Positions 57,698 to 64,000 of a stretch of 64,000 nt of DNA are shown here, one piece after another. The position numbers were made by a program, and so were the translations under genes. The stretch covers positions 14,136,001 through 14,200,000 of the forward strand of contig CM022666.1 in the NCBI GenBank assembly GCA_012295275.1, read 5' to 3'. Source of the stretch: Chrysomallon squamiferum. Lineage: Eukaryota > Animalia > Mollusca. The notes beneath the pieces are model-generated. The model had not been told where the DNA came from. It saw nothing but the letters and a program-made list of their open reading frames with translations, and did no database searches. Each line of letters starts with the position of its first letter. The first letter of the stretch is position 1.

Positions 57698-59096
57698 ACA
57701 GCCAACATCATCTGAAAAGTTTAATTTAGACTGTTTCTAGCATTGCTCTTTTTACTATAATGTTGAAACCGGCTGCAGCCAATTAACAGTCTAGACACAC
57801 TTATATGAAGTAGGAAAACAAGAATTGATCGTACAGGCCTATACCTTTCCACAGACTGGAAAACTCAGTATCCTCCCACTTGTTATGCATCCCCATTTGT
57901 CAGAGCCCTTATAACAAAACAGGTCATGGCTGAGTGAACTGCTAACAGTATATTCTATTTAGCATGCAACACTGGAGTCATCTTCCCAAGTTTTTCACAG
58001 TCAGGTTAGTGAAGCTAACAATTAAGAAACAGGAACTGAAATACATATCCACATCCATTTATTCGAAATTCAATGACATAACACGAATAATATGAATTAT
58101 GATATGACATTTAGTACATATAATGAATGATTCATTAGAATTAGGATATATGTTAGTGTTACAGCACGTTGGTGTATAAATGTATCCAGATGAGTTCAGT
58201 CGGTGAATGATTATACTAATATAATAGGGGTTTGCTGGGAGTGTAACAGCATCATTTGACAGTAAACAGAGATAGTATCTGGAATGGGATATTAGCTAAG
58301 GTGTTATTCCTACTACGTCCTACTACATCATTAGAGAGGATTCTAAGTAACGTAAAAAAAAAAAATAATAATAATAATAAAAAAAAAAAATAATAATAAT
58401 AAAAAAAAAAAATAATAATAATAATATTAATAATAAAAAACTAAAATAAAATAATAAAAAAAAAAAAGAAAAAAAATAGTAATATAAAAGTAATGTAATA
58501 TTTAACATTTAAAAATACATTTCATAAATACATTTATTAACACGCATTAAGCGCTAACAATCGTTTAAGCCCAATTGCTTGTTAACTGAATCGTTTAAAA
58601 CGACAGAACGTAAAATAACTCGGACAGACAGAAATAACGTCTGCCCCAATTAGGCAAACATTTCGTTTCACGTAATTTAATAAATTTCAGTTATCGTGCA
58701 CGTGCAGCTGTTTCTTGCACGATCAACGCGCGGCACGACTGCATGTCTCGTTTCTTGTAAACCAGACGAGGGTGTAACAAAAATGGCTGGCTGATGTTTA
58801 CGTAACGCGAAGGAATAAACCAGGTATGTGTTTATCTATGATTTCATCTTTATAAGAATACAAAAAAAAAAAAAAAAAAAAAAATGTACTGAAGATCATT
58901 CAAACATTGTGAAATAAAGTTCTACCTTTTCCGCTACCTTTTCCTGTTTAAATTGTGTTGGATAAAAACGAAAACAAAACAACAGGCATTAGAAACAAAC
59001 GAAAAGAAAAAAAAAAAAAAAAAAAAAAAAAAAGAAAAAAAGATGTATAAAATAATTAAATAATTTGTTAATTAATATTTCTATGCCTTTTGTTTA

Positions 59097-59184
<88 letters not shown>

Positions 59185-59354
59185 AGATTAATATAAATGG
59201 ATAGATGGAAAAAGGCAGGGAGAGAGATAGAAAAACAGACAGATAGGCAGATACAGAAAGATCGATGAATGGTTTAACTATAAAACTTTGATTTGTAACA
59301 CACACAGCAATACAAATAATCTTATTCTCTTGTCTTCCCCTTCAGTTGATCGCC

Positions 59355-59590
59355 ATGGAAACGAACGAGAAAGGGGCTAAGAAGGCGGAATATGATGAAA
59401 CGAGTCCTCTGTGTCAGTCTCAGTATCCCGTGGACCAGGGATGGGCGTGGGTCATTCTCATAGGTTCGTCCATCTTTAAATTTCACGAACCATATAACAA
59501 GTCTGCTCAAAATAATAAATAAATAAATAAATAAATAATAATAAAATAAAAATATATATATATCAGTTTCATTTGCTTGTGTGGCTTTGG

Positions 59591-59658
<68 letters not shown>

Positions 59659-60056
59659 TTTATTTTTTTTTATTTTTTTTTTTTTTTTTTTTTTATTCAC
59701 TTCTCTCTCTCTCTTTTCTTTCTAGCCTCGTTTCTGAACACAGTGTTAGCTGTTGGTTATTACCGATCTTTTGGAATTTTCTTTGTTGATCTTCTCAAAC
59801 TGCTAAACGTTCCTGCTTCCATGGCGTCGTTGATACTGGGGATGCAGGGAGCGGCCATAAGTATTGGAGGTAAACGTCACCACGCTAATCAAACACAACT
59901 AACTGTAACCCTTAATTCACCAGAACTGGAGGATGATAATGATGACGATGACGACGGTGATGATGAAATCAGAAGTAGTAACACCAATAACAATTAAAAA
60001 AAAATAGCAGCGGCAACAAGAACAATACTACTACTGCTACAACTACTACTACTGAC

Positions 60057-60096
<40 letters not shown>

Positions 60097-60776
60097 GTAC
60101 TAGTAGTAGTAGTATTAGCAGTAGTAGTAATTGTTAAGATAATAATTACAATAGTAATAATAACAGTAGTAATAATAGTAATAGTAGTAGTAGTCATAAT
60201 ACTAGTAGTAATTGTTTTTGTTGCAGTAGTAGTAGTAGTATTAGTATTAGTAGTTGTACAGGAATAGTAATAATACTGTTAAGGACAGTGACAATGACAG
60301 TGACGTCGACAGTGACGTCATTCTCATAAACTGTAGGACTACAGTACAGAGAGGAATCTATTACAGCTGTATAATAACGGAATTAAAATTAAGCAGTACG
60401 TTCACATTGCAGGGTTTATAACACAGAGTGTGTTGATTTCTGTGTTCAGTGAAAGGACGATTGTTGTGTCTGGTGGTCTGCTTATTGGAAGTGGGGTGAT
60501 GGCGAGCGCTATCAGTCCTGGCATTCCTTCCTTAATCATCACTCAGAGCATCATGGTGGGTAAGTGCTCGTTACACTCGTTGTTCATTCACAGAAACTGT
60601 ACAGTGTAGTAAGTCGTAATCCGTGTGCTGTTAGAATCAAGAAATTGTTATATGCAGGATGTATATCTGCCCGTCTCTGTTTAGTTACCTGCCTACCTGT
60701 CTGCATAGCTAGCTACCTACCTGCTTATCTGCCTCTGTCTCGCTTTCTGTGTGTGTGTATCTATGGGTGTATGTGT

Positions 60777-60816
<40 letters not shown>

Positions 60817-60873
60817 CAGAATTACTTTACACATAATACCTTTATACACAATCCTTACAGTATCATCAAGTAC

Positions 60874-60930
<57 letters not shown>

Positions 60931-63900
60931 CGTTACAAACATATTCTTACGATGAGTATCCTTAAACAAAATATGCTTATTCACAATATCCTTATCGACT
61001 TGATTTTAATTGTAGGTACTGGTTTGGCAATGATAATGGGTCCGGTGATTATCATACTAAACAAATACTTCAACAAAAGACGTTCACTGGCCGTCGCCAT
61101 TTCTACAACTGGTGCCAACGTTGGCGCCATCGTCTTTCCGCCATTGGTCAGGTTCGTCTTGAAGGATTTTTAATTTTGGTTATCTTGTTGAAGCATATAT
61201 AAACTAGGATGGATGTACCTTATTATTGTTCGTATGGTCAAAGTTAATGAGGAAGCTAAAGTGAAAGGTTTGTGAAATTCGAATATGATATATCATTTCA
61301 AAAACGTATTCTGTATGATGATAGAAAAAGGAAAAACAAAAATCAAAACAGAGGAAGTATAAGATGTAAAACGGAATTATTTTGTCTTTAAATTGAATTT
61401 GAAGGCTGCAACAACAGAAGCAACAGCAGCAACAGCAGCAGCAACATTAACAATTTTCATAGTCATCGTAATTATTAATTGTTATTATTGTTGTTAATGT
61501 TGTTGTTTTTCCTTCGATACCTTCGTTATTATTGTTATTGTTATTATTGTTATTGTTATTATTAGTTTCTGTGGTTGTTGCTGTTGTACCATTAATAATT
61601 ATCTTTAGTATTGTTGTTATATATTATTGTTACTGTTATTATTGTTATTATCATCATCACTAACACAGGTATTTACTGGACGAGTATGGATTCAGAGGAA
61701 CTTTCCTGATCGTTGGAGCCATGATGTTAAACATAATGATATTCGGATTACTCTTGCGACCTTTCAACCTGTACGACTCAATTCCGACCAACGAAATCAT
61801 CACGCCAGCTGTGAAAGGCTACCAAAATGTGCTAGTAGTCGACTGTGACGAGAAGGAAGCACAAAAGGACAAAATGGACGACACGGGATCACCATCTCCA
61901 CAGAAACAGTCACCAGAATCTTCTAGAACGAGAGACGCGTCAGTATCGCCTCCGCGACAAACCATTCCGCCGGAGCTGCTGAAGTCGTCGTGTGACAGTC
62001 CTCCAGATCTGTCAGTGGCTGCGTGTCCTGTCGCCTGGAAGAAGAATTACACTCTTCTCGGGGACGCGGCGAAGTCAGAGAAACAGAACAGTTGCTGGAA
62101 CTGCTGCTCCGTCTTCAACTTCGCTCTGTTTAAAAACCCTCTCTTCCTCATCGTGATCGCCAGCGCCGTGTTCGGCGTGCACGCTGCGACGACGATGAAC
62201 ACGTACATCCCGGCTCTGGCTAAGGGCAAAAACGTCTCGAAACTCAGAGCAGCTCTGCTGCTGTCGTTGGTGGGAGCCACTGGGATCGTGGGAAGGCTGA
62301 TGGTGGGTTTCTTTGCGGATCTCAACATAGTGAAACGATCGTTGCTCATGTCCATCGCTCTGGCAGTGTCCGGTGTAGCTGCGCTTTGCTCCCCGGTTTA
62401 TAATGGGTTTGAGACGCTGATAATTTTCTGTCTTATTTACGGCTTCTTTGGTGGACTGTACTTCAACCTGATTCCCGTTGTCCTGGTGGATTTTTTAGGA
62501 GAGGAACATCTTTCTACGTCGTTTGGTTTTGTTCAGCTCTTCAGTGGAGCTTCCATGGCAGCTGTGAATCCTGTTACAGGTTCGTAAAAAGTTTCACTTC
62601 TGATTTGTTTTTTTTTTTTTTCCCCCACTAGTTCTGTTTTATATCACTTGATGTTTAAACTTTGACAAGTTAGTTTCTTTTAAACGCATGCATGTACTGG
62701 TCTGCAGTGTTTTTGATTCAGTTATAAATTTGCAAATTATTATTTTTTTTTCGTTTGAGCAACGTTAGATCATTAATGACAAGTTATAACAATAAAATAT
62801 CATTGTTACATAATATCTGAAGCAGGTATCCTCCCATTACTCATATGCCCAATAGTCATACAATTTGGAAAGCAGTCAAGCAGTAAGTAAATTGGGCACA
62901 CCTGTGTGGGGAATGATCAGCTAGTCTTGGCTGGGTCTCACTGGTAACTGTTGTAATCACAGCTCCAGTGGGCAGCATTTGTTCATGGTTATTCCAATTA
63001 TATGGAGATGTTGCTCTTAAATAGTAGAAGAACTTTGAAGGAGATATGTTTTCACAGTGGATCCGCAGGGCTGCCGGACTATCTTTACTACTACTACAAA
63101 ACAAAATTCAGGACGCATGGATTGAAACCATGGACTCGACACCAAATGGTCTTCCTGCCCGAGAGTTCATTGACTACATGGTCGTCAACTGGATTGATGA
63201 TGATGCTTGCTTCCCTCTGCCGCTCTGGAACCACCATGAGACCAATGGACTACGCATCAATCTGCATCAAGTGCAGCAGAGAGTCAAGACGCCCGTTCAG
63301 TTCTTAGATGCTGTAGGCCACTGGTTTTCAACCATATTTTCATCAATCAAAGACAGTACAAAAGGAATCTATATTCACTGTGACGGATCCGAAACCTGTC
63401 TCTACACGTTTTTATTTATTTCTCCCTCCAAGTCAGCTTGAAAAAAGCTAAAATATATACCCTCGCCCAAGAACGATCTTGTGACCCCCAGAAAAAAGGC
63501 TATACACCCCTCTGGGGATCGCGACCTTGACCAAGTCCATCATTATTGATCCCTGCACTTCCCCTGACAAGGATCCCCTGGGAATGGACCATCAGCTGAT
63601 GGTCTGCAGATGTCCATTCTCCACTGATCAAGGTTTCCACGTATATATATATATACATGAGATTTTGGATTTGGAATTTCGGATAAAGGAACTATAACCT
63701 GTAATATTAGTTGTGTTGGTATCAGTAATGTGACTAGGTTAGCAGTAGTAGTAACTCTAAGAGTGATTATAAGAACGTTAATAAAAACAGTAGGAAATAG
63801 TTTATTAGCAGAATAAGGGGAGATAACAATTTAATTTATATAAAATACTGCTATATATAAAATTATTTTTTTTTTTTTTTTTTTTTTTATTATTCATGCT

Positions 63901-64000
63901 TTAAAACAATTTTTTTTTAAATTACTGACTCATGCTTATAAAACAATTTGTTTTTCCCAGGCTGGCTGAGTGCTATTTCATGACGTCACTGGTATTAGAA
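59355..64000 (+). CDS. Monocarboxylate transporter (SLC16/MCT family, MFS), 3' end beyond window
   Basis: Exons: 59355-59463 (METNEK...YPVDQGWAWVILI, the MCT TM1 motif of D-G-G-W-G-W type), 59726-59869 (ASFLNTVLAVGYYRSFGIFFVDL...), 60413-60559 (GFITQSVL...ERTIVVSGGLL...), 61016-61151 (GTGLAM...KYFNKRRSLAVAISTTG...FPPLV, the YFxKRRxLAxG-type motif), 61669-62579 (RYLLDEYGFRGTFLIVGAMMLN...LFKNPLF...GRLMVGFFAD...), and a further exon starting ~63961-63971 (..HDVTG). Probable 5' UTR exon ending ~58823 (cag|gtatgt). Confidence 0.93.
62825..63441 (+). mobile_element. Degenerate MULE/Mutator-like DNA transposon fragment inside an MCT intron
   Basis: ORF 63046-63441 reads FSQWIRRAAGLSLL...IQDAW...EFIDYMVVNWIDDDACFPLPLWNHHETNGLR. 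This resembles the C-terminal part of animal MULE transposases (AL.F.P...V..A...F.DYF...WI...P..WN...RTNN), truncated at the RTNN position. An end-like sequence ggtatcctcccattactcatatgcccaatagtcata lies at 62825. Confidence 0.6.

Noticed and set aside
62047-62355. Minus-strand 102-aa ORF
   Set aside because: It is an antisense shadow of the MCT exon.

Overview
Eukaryotic, AT-rich, microsatellite-dense animal genomic DNA with GT-AG introns; a lophotrochozoan such as a mollusc is an inference. Nearly all short ORFs in the track are translations of simple repeats. Bases 1-26 kb contain no recognisable coding sequence. The real genes are: (1) an intronless FAM43-like PTB/PID-domain gene (26456-27485, -) with a 1-nt frameshift; (2) a spliced, disordered, cell-cycle-like gene (35503-38265, -) with KEN-box, D-box and PIP-like motifs, possibly AUNIP-like; (3) three paralogous multi-exon genes, A (41247-46621, +), B (49592-53143, +) and C (54863-56638, -), reconstructed by hand from splice sites; (4) an SLC16/MCT transporter (from 59355, +, running off the window) with a MULE-like transposase relic in an intron. 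Genes A-C encode secreted precursors of long, essentially Cys-free, His-containing amphipathic helices separated by basic processing sites (KR, GKR amidation signal, KSQR). They share exon sizes and phases and are the best candidate for an undescribed system (membrane-active/antimicrobial or lipid-binding peptides). Gene A also carries a 19-copy 30-bp minisatellite that repeats its own exon/intron junction, giving up to 17 in-frame alternative splice donors. Single-base indels in several genes are probably assembly errors.
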